Shown: positions 10,256 to 19,381 of the stretch, piece by piece
Layout of the letters: each line of letters starts with the position of its first letter
Position numbering within the stretch: position 1 is the first letter of the stretch
IMG/VR virus record: IMGVR_UViG_3300037882_001470
Strand: one strand, 5' to 3'
Source of the DNA: an uncultured virus (IMG/VR IMGVR_UViG_3300037882_001470)
Taxonomy: Duplodnaviria > Heunggongvirae > Uroviricota > Caudoviricetes
Length of the DNA: 64,000 nt
Notes under the pieces: generated by a model
The model's database searches: none
What the model was told of the DNA's origin: nothing
Seen by the model: only the letters and a program-made list of their open reading frames with translations
Translations under genes and position numbers: made by a program

Positions 10256-10716
10256 TGCATTCTAAAACTGCCGGATCGCCATACCACTACGGAGTCCGGA
10301 GGATTGTGATCTGTCTTTATACATACGTCGTATTCACCCATAAATGGGCGTTCGTGCACTGGCCCGTCCAGCCGGCATTCAGGAAACTCTTGTCGCATCC
10401 AGTCCCGCACACGGAGTGTTAAATCCAGCGTCTGCTTAGGTCGTATCTCATGAATCCAGAACTCACCAAGAACCCGCTCCTCGATGAAGAGATAAGCATA
10501 CGGGAACTCGTGCAGACCGAAGTCCGCCGGGTTCTTGGAGCCGTGCACGAACGGGTTTTCGCCCCATGCCTCTTCAGCGTCCGCAAACCCAAGTCGCGCG
10601 GCGAGGTTGTAGGTCTCTGCGTAGCGTTCGAACTCGTCAAACGTCGCATACTGTTTGCGCAATCTCCCAAACCACCCGGTCTCCCCGCTGGGACACTTGT
10701 AAACTCCGTTGTTCAC
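10243..10716 (-). CDS. Hypothetical protein
   Basis: N-terminal module resembles that of 1-1119. Confidence 0.8.
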   Translation of the reverse strand: MNNGVYKCPSGETGWFGRLRKQYATFDEFERYAETYNLAARLGFADAEEAWGENPFVHGSKNPADFGLHEFPYAYLFIEERVLGEFWIHEIRPKQTLDLTLRVRDWMRQEFPECRLDGPVHERPFMGEYDVCIKTDHNPPDSVVVWRSGSFRMQCNF

Positions 10717-11261
10717 GGTTTACCTCCGCGTAAAACATCATCGATAATGAAGTCGAAGATTTTCTTGTTTCCGTTTACGGCTTCGAGAGCCCAATTAGTA
10801 ATGGTAAGCGTATCCGCCGGCATATGGATTGCGTCGTATACAATCTGTGCGAATTTTTTGTCCACACGCAGTAGCGAGGCGCACAGCGCTATAATCATCG
10901 GCTCCGGGTTGCTTGAATCTAGCCAGACAGTGTATGGCATTTCTTGTCCGTTTTTTAAATCATCGCATCTACTACCTAGAGTGTTCTTCAGCGGGCAGCC
11001 GCGGCATTGTCCGTCGTCCTCATGGGCATGGTCGAAGTATTTCTCACAAAGCGCACACGACGTTGTGTCCACTGAGAAGGGTCCCTTGTCAGTATACCAT
11101 AAGCTGTCATCGACTTCATCCTTGTGACACTCGTGTTTCTTCAGATTCGCTTTACGTAGCCCTACCCATTTACGAATCGAGTGACGTAACCTCGCAACAT
11201 CGGATCGTGGTTTTTTCGCAGATACGGGGTAGAACTCGGCTTTCCAAGATTCAAGACTCAT
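10713..11261 (-). CDS. Cys-rich phage hypothetical protein
   Basis: HSIRKW.GL...CALC...C.GCPL motif. Confidence 0.8.
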   Translation of the reverse strand: MSLESWKAEFYPVSAKKPRSDVARLRHSIRKWVGLRKANLKKHECHKDEVDDSLWYTDKGPFSVDTTSCALCEKYFDHAHEDDGQCRGCPLKNTLGSRCDDLKNGQEMPYTVWLDSSNPEPMIIALCASLLRVDKKFAQIVYDAIHMPADTLTITNWALEAVNGNKKIFDFIIDDVLRGGKP

Positions 11262-12111
11262 CTTCTTCGCCCTCCTTATCGGGGATACAGCCTGCGATTA
11301 CGGCATCTTCTCGCTCATACATCTCGACCTGAGTGTATCCAGAGCCTTCGTCGGGGTCGAAGGCGGTAAGCACGCGTGCTATGTCCCCATTCTTTCTCGC
11401 CTTCTCGGCGATCATATTCGCCTTGTCCCATGAGTTGCAGTCTTCATCCTCGTAGCCTGCTAGCCCTTGAATTTCGATGTCCGTATTTGGGCCGGGGTTT
11501 CGGATAATGATAACGCCGAACTCAGGCATGTGTCTCCTTCACTGTTTTACAATTGTTGGTATGGTTCATTTTGTGTCATGTGGTAATCCTGCAATATTAT
11601 TCATCCAGGCGTTAATTGTTTTGAATTCGTAAAAGGTCGCGTCAATGCAGACTCCAGTTTCGTTTGACATCACTGCGTCTATTAATTCTTGTGCAAGTCC
11701 GTCCTCAACGACCTCGCGGAAGAACTCTTCATCGTGTGGGCTTGGTTCAGCCTCGAAGAGATCTGAATACTCATTACCGTAGTTGTCCCACGCGCGATAC
11801 CCATATTTAACTCCTTCGCAATCGGTGAACTTTGTTCTTCGGATATGTAATGTATTACTCAAGTGGCGCTGTAGGTTTTACACACTTCGGACACGTAGTG
11901 TTATTGCTACGTTCTCCGCATTTGTTGCATACGCGTCTTAGCGTCTTATCCGGCAGTTCCGCGGTAAACGTTATTCCGAAAAACTCTTCTCGTTCCATTT
12001 CGGGCACCAGTTTAAGGTCTTTCGACGCAATTTCATATCCCTTTGATTTTAGGAATAGTGACACGGCTTCGGTCACTTCTGATTGTGATACTGTTATTTT
12101 CATTATGTGTG

Positions 12112-12411
12112 TTATTTCTGAGGCTCGCCTGTGGCTTTCGCGATTGCGGCGCTGGCGAGGTCAGCAAACTCCCCGTATCCGAAATGGTTGCCTCCGTGGT
12201 CGTCTGCACATTTCATCGCAAGTTGCAATGCTTCGAGCAGGTCACGATTGATTTCCTCGGCGCGCGTAAGCGCGGCGATGCCGTCTTCGATCATGCTGAG
12301 CGCGTCGTCTATCGGGTCGGGGTGCTCTTCGTCTGCTTTCATGTCTCGCAGAGTGGCCATACCTTCGAGGATGGTGCGGAGTTTTTGCAGTGGTGTGTGC
12401 TGTTTGCTCAT
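12112..12411 (-). CDS. 'HTP...LLEAL...AIAKATG' family protein
   Basis: Start MSKQHTP at 12411 (ATGA overlap); C-terminal AIAKATG. Confidence 0.8.
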   Translation of the reverse strand: MSKQHTPLQKLRTILEGMATLRDMKADEEHPDPIDDALSMIEDGIAALTRAEEINRDLLEALQLAMKCADDHGGNHFGYGEFADLASAAIAKATGEPQK

Positions 12412-12751
12412 TGGGCGGTGACTTTGGTGATGGCTAGTCCTGCGATACGGAAGCAGTCGGCGGCTGTGTCGGTTGATAGTGGCCCGTATTTCATCAGTAA
12501 TGGATTGTCCCACTCGCCGTTTATCCGACATTGGATGGCTGTAAGCGCATCCAGCAAGTCAGGTGCTGAGGCGATGAGTCGGGCGTTACCTAGTGCCTCT
12601 GTGTAATTCCTCCCCGCTCCTGTAAGGGCAATGCCGGTGACACACGGCGAGTCACCTTCGGGTAGGATGTAAGCCTCGTTATCGTGTTCAACGACTCGCC
12701 AAGGCCCCGGTGTATGTTGTGCGCTCATTGGCCGGTGGCTTTGGTGATTGC
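12392..12751. repeat. 43-bp imperfect direct repeat (12392-12434, 12709-12751; 36/43)
   Basis: Base-by-base comparison. Each copy spans a stop/start junction. Confidence 0.9.
12408..12728 (-). CDS. 'HTPGPW...NARLIASAPDLL' family protein
   Basis: Start MSAQHTPGPW at 12728. Confidence 0.85.
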   Translation of the reverse strand: MSAQHTPGPWRVVEHDNEAYILPEGDSPCVTGIALTGAGRNYTEALGNARLIASAPDLLDALTAIQCRINGEWDNPLLMKYGPLSTDTAADCFRIAGLAITKVTAQ

Positions 12752-13108
12752 GGCGCGGATCGCCTGGTCGACGTCTGTCGCATCGTTGTGGAGCGTTCCT
12801 AAGACATCGCCATCGTAACTCCACACTTTATCGAGAATCGGAATAATCGCCTCCAACGCGGCCAGCAGGTCGGGTGCGGCGGCGATGAGTAAGCGAGCGG
12901 ATTCGATGACAGCATTGCGTTTGTCTAACGCGGCTTGCTCTTCCGCGCTATCGGGTTCGTGCTTGCATGATTCGTCGTCGTGGGCGGTGGCTTGGCGTGC
13001 TACTTCTTCGATCTTAAAGACGCCAAGCGGGTCTGAGTTTTCGCGTGGTGTTCTGAATTCAGTGACGTTCCACGTATGCCATGTAGGCCAGTTGATTTGT
13101 GTGCTCAT
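12725..13108 (-). CDS. 'AAPDLLAAL...AITKATG' family protein
   Basis: Same C-terminal module as its neighbours. Confidence 0.85.
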   Translation of the reverse strand: MSTQINWPTWHTWNVTEFRTPRENSDPLGVFKIEEVARQATAHDDESCKHEPDSAEEQAALDKRNAVIESARLLIAAAPDLLAALEAIIPILDKVWSYDGDVLGTLHNDATDVDQAIRAAITKATGQ

Positions 13109-13476
13109 TTGGTTTTACGCTTACGCGGTTGTTTCGACTTCATTTTCTCGTCGGGCGTAGTTCCGCTAAAGAACGGAACAAAGTAGGCCGCGTAATAACC
13201 CAATGCAACTTTGACCTTCTTCTGACGTTTCTGTGCAGCCTTTATCGCATCGTCGACCGACTTCTCTCCACAGCCGTCGCACCCGAATCGACGCATGATG
13301 TAATCCGATAAGAACGCGCATCGTATTGCATGGTCGTCGAGCGCACTTCGTATGTCGTCCATTTCCGCTGGTTTGCACTTATGTCGACGACTAAACGCAA
13401 GCAACGTCGCTGGCCATTCCACTGGAGGTTTATCGAGCAGCTTTGCAATAAAACGATTCTGAGTTTTTCTAGTCAT
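13105..13476 (-). CDS. Hypothetical protein
   Basis: Start re-assigned to MTRKTQ. Confidence 0.75.
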   Translation of the reverse strand: MTRKTQNRFIAKLLDKPPVEWPATLLAFSRRHKCKPAEMDDIRSALDDHAIRCAFLSDYIMRRFGCDGCGEKSVDDAIKAAQKRQKKVKVALGYYAAYFVPFFSGTTPDEKMKSKQPRKRKTK

Positions 13477-13681
13477 TGGTTTGTTTTTGTGGGATACGTG
13501 CAATCCGAGAATATCCCAGTATACAGATCCGCGACGTGCCCAGGATTGACACGGCATTGGAACATAGACGCATATTGATCAGCCGGTCCGTCACATATTC
13601 TACACAGGCATTCTTCACGATCATCCCCGTAGCCTTTTCGTCCTGTGTCGGCTCAAAGACGTCTGTAGTTTCGTTATTCAT
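13473..13681 (-). pseudogene. Frameshifted small zinc-ribbon gene
   Basis: MNNETT...KNA continues in another frame as CRICDGPADQYASMFQCRVNPGH..., ending in an ATGA overlap. Confidence 0.55.
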
Positions 13682-14192
13682 GTGACGTGTCTTCCTGCAA
13701 GAACAACGCAAGTTGGACTGCCAAGTGGTCGACGCTGCTTCTGGCTTTTATTTTTAGCTCAGACGTGAGCACTCGCCCAGAGCGTTTCCGATCGGACCGA
13801 CGCTCCAGCCACACTTCGTTGTCTATGTTCCACATCGTGATACCGGGAGCAATCTCGTGACCTTGATTTCGTTCCGGTATAGGACAGTTCTCGATTTGAA
13901 AGCGGTAGCAGACTGCTAACGCCGTCCTTACCTTATCACTCAGTTCTACGTCTACACTTTGCCCGGTTGCTAAGTCAGTATTGTCCATACTGAACGTGTC
14001 GAATTGTTTTGCGAATCGCTTTACCGCGGCGAAATCCACGGATGGGTCAAGGATGGTGATAGCGAGGAACGTATTTGAGGACCGCTTCTTCACACTGACT
14101 TTTCGGGTGTTGAGTCCGAGGTTTTGCTTCAACAGTGCTCGAAGGATTTCCGGTGTAACCCAGTCACCAGGTTTTCTTGGTAGTTCTGTCAT
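13674..14192 (-). CDS. Hypothetical protein, N-terminus LPD29-like
   Basis: LRALLKQ...KVSVKK....AITI...VKRFAKQF...MD..D resembles large-polyvalent-protein domain 29 (by eye). Confidence 0.45.
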   Translation of the reverse strand: MTELPRKPGDWVTPEILRALLKQNLGLNTRKVSVKKRSSNTFLAITILDPSVDFAAVKRFAKQFDTFSMDNTDLATGQSVDVELSDKVRTALAVCYRFQIENCPIPERNQGHEIAPGITMWNIDNEVWLERRSDRKRSGRVLTSELKIKARSSVDHLAVQLALFLQEDTSHE

Positions 14193-14377
14193 GGTATATT
14201 ACATGCCGGGCCAATTCGTGGAAGAAGGGTGGTCCGGCTTTTGGTTTTACGTCCCAGGTATAGGCGCCTGTCTGTTCGTAAGTTCATCCCGGTAGTCGGT
14301 GAATACTAGGTCGAACGTCGTGGTCAAGGCGGCGATGGCTTTTTGAGCCAATTGTTTAGTATCGTAATCAGTAGTGA

Positions 14378-14644
14378 TCATAATGTGTGTCCTGTAGCCG
14401 CGACTACCGCCGCTTCTCGCGTTTTATGGAATCGAAGCTTAGCTTTGTCGATACGCGCAGTGTCCCGCCATTCGCGACGCGTGAGTGCAATGGTTTGACC
14501 ACCTTCCGGTGTGATCTGGCAGTAGCATCTTACCCAACGAAAGCCGGGACCTGGTTTTCCTGAATGCACGTTTCGCCCGGTGCCTCGTTCAACACTAAAA
14601 CCCGGTTCGAACAGGTGGTAGACGAGTGTTTTCTTCTTCGGCAT
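14378..14644 (-). CDS. Hypothetical protein
   Basis: Start re-assigned to MPKKKT. Confidence 0.7.
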   Translation of the reverse strand: MPKKKTLVYHLFEPGFSVERGTGRNVHSGKPGPGFRWVRCYCQITPEGGQTIALTRREWRDTARIDKAKLRFHKTREAAVVAATGHTL

Positions 14645-14649
14645 GTTGG

Positions 14650-15363
14650 TCAACTGTCCTTGGGAAGGATTACCTTCAATGCAATGCTTTCGACTAGGGC
14701 CTCGATTGCCTGTTCCAATGTACATACCTTGTAATTGCCTTGGTCGTCACACCTGGTTCTGAATTCAATTGAACCTCCGTCTAAAATATGAGCGTTCACT
14801 GAAAATCCGTAATTGCCCGATCCGTTCCAGAACTGAATACCACTTTCGTCGTCTTCACGAGCCAGGTGCTTGCTTAGCGGAACTATATCGTGCGAATGCC
14901 ACCGGTAATGCTTCGACGGTAAGTCCTTTGCGTCATTCCAGATCTTCATCAGCGGTTCAAATGCCTGCCTTAGTCGGTCTCGGTTGGCAAGTTGCTTTGC
15001 CTTCTTTTCGGCATGTAAGGCTTGAGACACTGCCTTCTGTGCTTTTATCAACTCCAGCGTGTGGTTTACCGCGGGTGGCTTTGGAGGTAATATCGTCGAC
15101 AAACGTTCAAGCTCCGTGATGTTAATCTTAACGTCCTGCTTAGCCACTGTCGGGTGTCCAGCCGGGACAAGTGTTACGCGCACGGGACGGTCTCCGTCCT
15201 TTCTACACTGCTTCCAGTCACGTCCGGTGTGCGACACGTGGTCTATGATGAGCTGCGCTCGCGTGTAGCCGGTTCCGACATAGAACCATCCGTTTCTGCT
15301 CGACCACATTGCCCACAGTTTCGTTGGGTTCGGTGCAGGGGGAATTCTTTTGAATTTTTTCAT
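14650..15363 (-). CDS. Hypothetical protein
   Basis: Start re-assigned to MKKFKR. The track's longer start lies inside the tRNA. Confidence 0.8.
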   Translation of the reverse strand: MKKFKRIPPAPNPTKLWAMWSSRNGWFYVGTGYTRAQLIIDHVSHTGRDWKQCRKDGDRPVRVTLVPAGHPTVAKQDVKINITELERLSTILPPKPPAVNHTLELIKAQKAVSQALHAEKKAKQLANRDRLRQAFEPLMKIWNDAKDLPSKHYRWHSHDIVPLSKHLAREDDESGIQFWNGSGNYGFSVNAHILDGGSIEFRTRCDDQGNYKVCTLEQAIEALVESIALKVILPKDS

Positions 15364-15377
15364 TTGATTGTAATGGG

Positions 15378-15450
15378 TTGGCTCGGCGGGACTCGAACCC
15401 GCAACCAATGGATTATGAGTCCACTGCTCTCACCGTTGAGCTACAAGCCA
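15378..15450 (-). tRNA. tRNA with CAT anticodon, most like tRNA-Ile2 (Met not excluded)
   Basis: TGGCTTG TA GCTC AACGGTGA GAGC A GTGGA CTCATAA TCCAT TGGTT GCGGG TTCGAGT CCCGC CGAGCCA A forms a full cloverleaf. Confidence 0.95.
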
Positions 15451-15643
15451 GTCGTATTATCCCGTAGCTGACGAATGTCAGCCGATTGAGAATACAGAGC
15501 TGGCTCGCCGAGCCCTCGTCCTAAAGCCCGGCGAGCCGTTCTCATGTTTCACTACATCGAACTTTCTCAGGGTTCGATGGCGCATGTCGTGTCCATGCTT
15601 TGCATCGCAACCAGCGATGCTCGAATTAACCGTGGGGCGTAAT
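15451..15643 (-). ncRNA. Putative structured ncRNA or tRNA leader (5 hairpins)
   Basis: Stems of 7, 5, 8, 15 (three G-U on the minus strand) and 6-7 bp packed into about 190 nt with no convincing ORF. Confidence 0.55.
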
Positions 15644-16750
15644 CTACTCCGGGGACGCATCCAGTGTCAAACCGTATCCTTTCTCTTTCTCCGCGCATGT
15701 TTTGCAGACATCTTCTTTATGTCCTGCCTCCGTGACGTTCAACTCGTCCTGCGGGAACAGGTCGAAGCAAAGCTGGCACATTACGCGCCCATCAGGACAT
15801 ATTGGTCCGAGATGACGCTCCCCGCAGCAGAGTCTTACGGGGACCCAGTCGTCATTTGGGTCCATAATTGACGAATGCGTGTGTTATTTCTATGGCGCAA
15901 ATCTTCGCCGGTATTTGTGTGTTTGCACCGTTGTTCCAGCGAGCTACGACTTTGCCCCAATCGTCTTTCGTAGGGTCGTAGGTGTTTACCAGGACGTCAA
16001 GAGCCGTATCCAGCGCCTTAAAATCCACTACCGTCATGTATGAATCCATGTGACACGTCGTGCCCCTGAGCCCGTTCTTAAACACCTCGTTATGTTGCAG
16101 GAATTGCTCGATGCAATCAGTGCTCGCGTCCAAGTCGTCCGGAAACATTTCCGATTTATCGGGCGGTAGTGTTTCTGTGTCGTAACCCCATGGTGTCCAC
16201 CCGAATTTCGTCCACGCCGGAACATACGCCTCTTTAACCGGATTCGACATCTGAGATAAGTCCTCTGACATTCACCAATGTAGTGTAAGCCGGTTTCAAC
16301 GCGATTGCGACCCCAAAGGTGATCGTCTTTTCAGCAAAAACCGATGTATTGAAAAGCACCTTTCCGTCTGCGTCCGATACGCGCACATGGGCTTCCTTAT
16401 TTTCCCCGTCGAATTTAACCGCTACCGCATCCGACGTTGGATAGTGCTCTGAGAACACAACGGCATAACGCTCCGGGCGTCGGATGAACCCAAGCAGGTC
16501 TTTGTATAGGGTCATCATACGCGTTTAGTAGCTTCATCGAAGTGGAGATTAATTGCCCACATCCCACAATGCCCGTTGGACGCCCACGTCACACCCGGCC
16601 ACATCATCTTTATGAAGTCCCGCAAACCCGCCCTCTCCATATTCCAAAACCCATGTGGTACGGGTATATTGCACCTCTCGTTACCGTTGATGTGTAACAA
16701 GAGATTTTCGCCGCCCGCTTTGGGGACGTGCGGTTGATCAGTTTCTGGGC

Positions 16751-17011
16751 TCATACGAGTTCGGTTGGTCTCACCGCAAACTGCTCACACCACGTATGCC
16801 CTTTGAAGCGTTCCTCCCACGCAGCTTTGCAAGCTTCGTAGTCATCCCAGTGCAGTTGCTCAGCGTCTGAGTGCGGGCATCGCGGCTCGTCCTTTAGAAT
16901 CTCGTTTAGCCGTTTCGCTTCGTCTTCCGCAGTGCGCTCGTTAAGATACGCCCTTACAATCGAATCCTTCTCATACGAAGTTACCCCAACCAATAGATAG
17001 ACCTCACTCAT
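16751..17011 (-). CDS. Hypothetical protein
   Basis: Start re-assigned to MSEVYLLVG. Confidence 0.75.
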   Translation of the reverse strand: MSEVYLLVGVTSYEKDSIVRAYLNERTAEDEAKRLNEILKDEPRCPHSDAEQLHWDDYEACKAAWEERFKGHTWCEQFAVRPTELV

Positions 17012-17177
17012 CGTCGGGCACCTCCAATGGTCCATAATAACAGCAAAGCGCGAAACACGCCATAGCCACGATCGCAATAACCCCGAGTCCTCCGCCAATA
17101 ATCGGACACCCTTTATGGATCGCGTAACCCGAAGCCGTCGCAAAAACGACGAATGCTAAAAATAGTAAATTTTTCAT
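17004..17177 (-). CDS. 57-aa two-helix membrane protein (not in track)
   Basis: MKNLLFLAFVVFATASG...IGGGLGVIAIVAMACFAL; overlaps both neighbours. Confidence 0.7.
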   Translation of the reverse strand: MKNLLFLAFVVFATASGYAIHKGCPIIGGGLGVIAIVAMACFALCCYYGPLEVPDDE

Positions 17178-17775
17178 TCTGTGAATCTGTTACCCTCGTA
17201 TGTGAGGATTCTTTCAATCTCCCGTTTATTCATGGGACGATACCCGTGCGCGTCTTTGTTGAGCGCGTCGCACAGCGCTTTATCACTTTCGAACACTTGC
17301 GTCCAACCATCGTTAAGCGATACCTTCGTCAGTTTCTTCGGTCCAGGTTCGGTTGATATGTAACCGATCTTGTAAGACACTGAAAGCGCAAAGCTGATGT
17401 CCGTCGACCCGCGTGGTGACGAATTCCGTATGATGAGCTGCCCACCTCCCTTAAAATCAGAAGGTTCGAATTTGATTGTTGTTTTCATGAATTATTAAAG
17501 GTTTTCGAGTCGTGCGACCTCGACGTCCATGGCGTTACGGAGCGCTGCCATTATCGAGTTCCTCGTTTCGAATTCAGACGTTACGTGAATCGACTCGCAT
17601 GCAGTCATTTGCACAGCCGCCGCGTTTTCTAACAGGTTCAATGCGTGTTTCAATTCGACGCGGGCGGCGATAAAGTCTCCATTGTTTAGATGTAACTGTG
17701 ATTTGTTAATCGACGCAGCAGCGTGCGCGGCTTCTTCGCCGGCACGCTCGATAGTAACTTCGGTAAATAGTGTTT

Positions 17776-18099
17776 TCATTGGTTAAAACTCGTCGATGCG
17801 ACGGCGCAGAGCCGGGCGAGAATCCAACCTTGGTCGTTTGGTTCGAATCGCGCCATTACGATGTGATCGTCCCCAAGAAGGTGTGGGTCGAGCGGCCCAC
17901 CTACCCACGGGTGTCTTAGCAACAATAGCTTCTGCCCGCTAAACGTTGTACATCCTTCGTAATGAACCAACAGTATGGTTTTACCTTCGAGTTGCTCTGC
18001 GTGCAATACGGTGTGATTCGCAGGGTCTGGATTTGGCGGTAGTGGAGGCTGGTTAGTCCCTCGCCCGGTTTCAGAAAACTTGAACAGACTTATTCCCAT
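17776..18099 (-). CDS. Phage hypothetical protein
   Basis: NPDP...VHYEGCTTFSG.K...LDPH...ARFEP..GW motif. Confidence 0.8.
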   Translation of the reverse strand: MGISLFKFSETGRGTNQPPLPPNPDPANHTVLHAEQLEGKTILLVHYEGCTTFSGQKLLLLRHPWVGGPLDPHLLGDDHIVMARFEPNDQGWILARLCAVASTSFNQ

Positions 18100-18527
18100 A
18101 ATAATTTCGCACCGTAATACATCATCGTCAGATGAATAGTGTTGTCGGCTATCGCGTAAACGAGTACAGTAAACCCGCCACGCAGTGCGTGGTAATTAGC
18201 TCTATCGTATCCGTCCGGTATGTTATTTCTACCGTTATACATGAAGTCCTTTAATGTTCGGCTATCTATTAACGCGAGCCAACGATCTGCGAGCCCCCAG
18301 CGGTCAACCGGGAAGTGTGTGAGAAATACGAGTAAAGGCCACTGCCAGTTTTGTATACTCGGTAGCGTAGTTGCCGTTACTACGATGGTGTAAATAAGAC
18401 AGTGGACGAAACACACCCACGTATCGCCGCTTTTCTTATACGCCATCCACTTGTTTTGAAACAAGTAGTCCCCCATAAGATGCCCGAGGACTAACGTCGC
18501 GAAGAAATCATTGTTATTTATTCCCAT
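18090..18527 (-). CDS. DUF3307 membrane protein
   Basis: GHLMGDYLFQ, H..IY, THF.VD and ADNTIH motifs. Confidence 0.85.
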   Translation of the reverse strand: MGINNNDFFATLVLGHLMGDYLFQNKWMAYKKSGDTWVCFVHCLIYTIVVTATTLPSIQNWQWPLLVFLTHFPVDRWGLADRWLALIDSRTLKDFMYNGRNNIPDGYDRANYHALRGGFTVLVYAIADNTIHLTMMYYGAKLLWE

Positions 18528-18528
18528 A
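18090..18528. repeat. 11-bp direct repeat TTATTCCCATA (18090-18100, 18518-18528)
   Basis: Both junctions read TATGGGAATAA on the coding strand (upstream ...WE*, downstream MGI...). Confidence 0.8.
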
Positions 18529-18958
18529 TTCTGAATGTGAAACTGAAGCCGCCCATTTCGAAGGCGATGTATGGGTAATCTTCTACCCCGTGTGTATCGC
18601 CTTCAACACAGTATGACACGTCGAAACCCATACTAGATTTGAGGACGTTGAGTGCGCTAAGACAGTTTTCGAATTTCAATTGCGCCGGATGTAAATGCGG
18701 GATGATCGCCGCCTCCGCGTCTTCTTTTGTGAGGTAATATCCGGCTAAGTCGAAGTCACTCGTGTGAATTCCTCTGCATCCCGATCTAAAGCGGACCTCC
18801 CCTTCGTAAAAGTATGGGAAGTGGTAAATAACGTCGATTCCTGTCTCTCGTCGATCGAAAGTCACCTTCGGATACTTCTCCAATAACGCAGCCGCGATTT
18901 CCTCTCTACGGTCCCGGAAGCGTTGGTTCCGTTGTTCATTTGTTTCTTTTACGTGCAT
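18518..18958 (-). CDS. Hypothetical protein
   Basis: 146-aa coupled ORF. Confidence 0.8.
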   Translation of the reverse strand: MHVKETNEQRNQRFRDRREEIAAALLEKYPKVTFDRRETGIDVIYHFPYFYEGEVRFRSGCRGIHTSDFDLAGYYLTKEDAEAAIIPHLHPAQLKFENCLSALNVLKSSMGFDVSYCVEGDTHGVEDYPYIAFEMGGFSFTFRIWE

Positions 18959-19365
18959 TGTAGGCTTTCAATTTTGGTCAATAACTTCATGAGTAGCTCG
19001 TCCGCATTATCCGCCGCCGTCGCTCGACCCATGTCCACACCTTCTGAGTATTCAGGGACATGACACAGGTGCGGTTTGGCTGGACGTGATAACTCTTGCA
19101 ACCCTTCCAGCGTCATCTTCATTCCTTCCAGCAATTCCGGGCAGAGTGTTCTGGCGTTCGCAATGAATCTAGCATCGCGCGGGGTGCCTTTATATAAGTT
19201 ACCGCCGACACCGGCGGTGAAAAGCTCGTCACGTCCCGCCCAGATAAAGGTTCTCCGTTCTACGCATGACATACCCCAATTACCAGGTGTTGCCGCATTG
19301 CAGATCGCAAGTTGAGTTTCAATCCATGTCAGTGCTGCGGCTACTCGTTCAGGTGTTGTTGTCAT
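18949..19365 (-). CDS. 'AATPG.W...DARFIA.AR' phage family protein
   Basis: Motifs NAATPGNW and DARFIANAR. Confidence 0.75.
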   Translation of the reverse strand: MTTTPERVAAALTWIETQLAICNAATPGNWGMSCVERRTFIWAGRDELFTAGVGGNLYKGTPRDARFIANARTLCPELLEGMKMTLEGLQELSRPAKPHLCHVPEYSEGVDMGRATAADNADELLMKLLTKIESLQCT

Positions 19366-19381
19366 TGTAGGTTTTCAATTT
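18956..19381. repeat. 19-bp direct repeat (18956-18974, 19363-19381; 18/19)
   Basis: CATTGTAGG(C/T)TTTCAATTT at successive junctions. Confidence 0.85.

Noticed and set aside
15478..15660. 60-aa minus-strand ORF; hammerhead or attC interpretation of the hairpins
   Set aside because: The ORF coincides with dense RNA structure. The hammerhead core CUGAnGA and attC box spacing are not satisfied.
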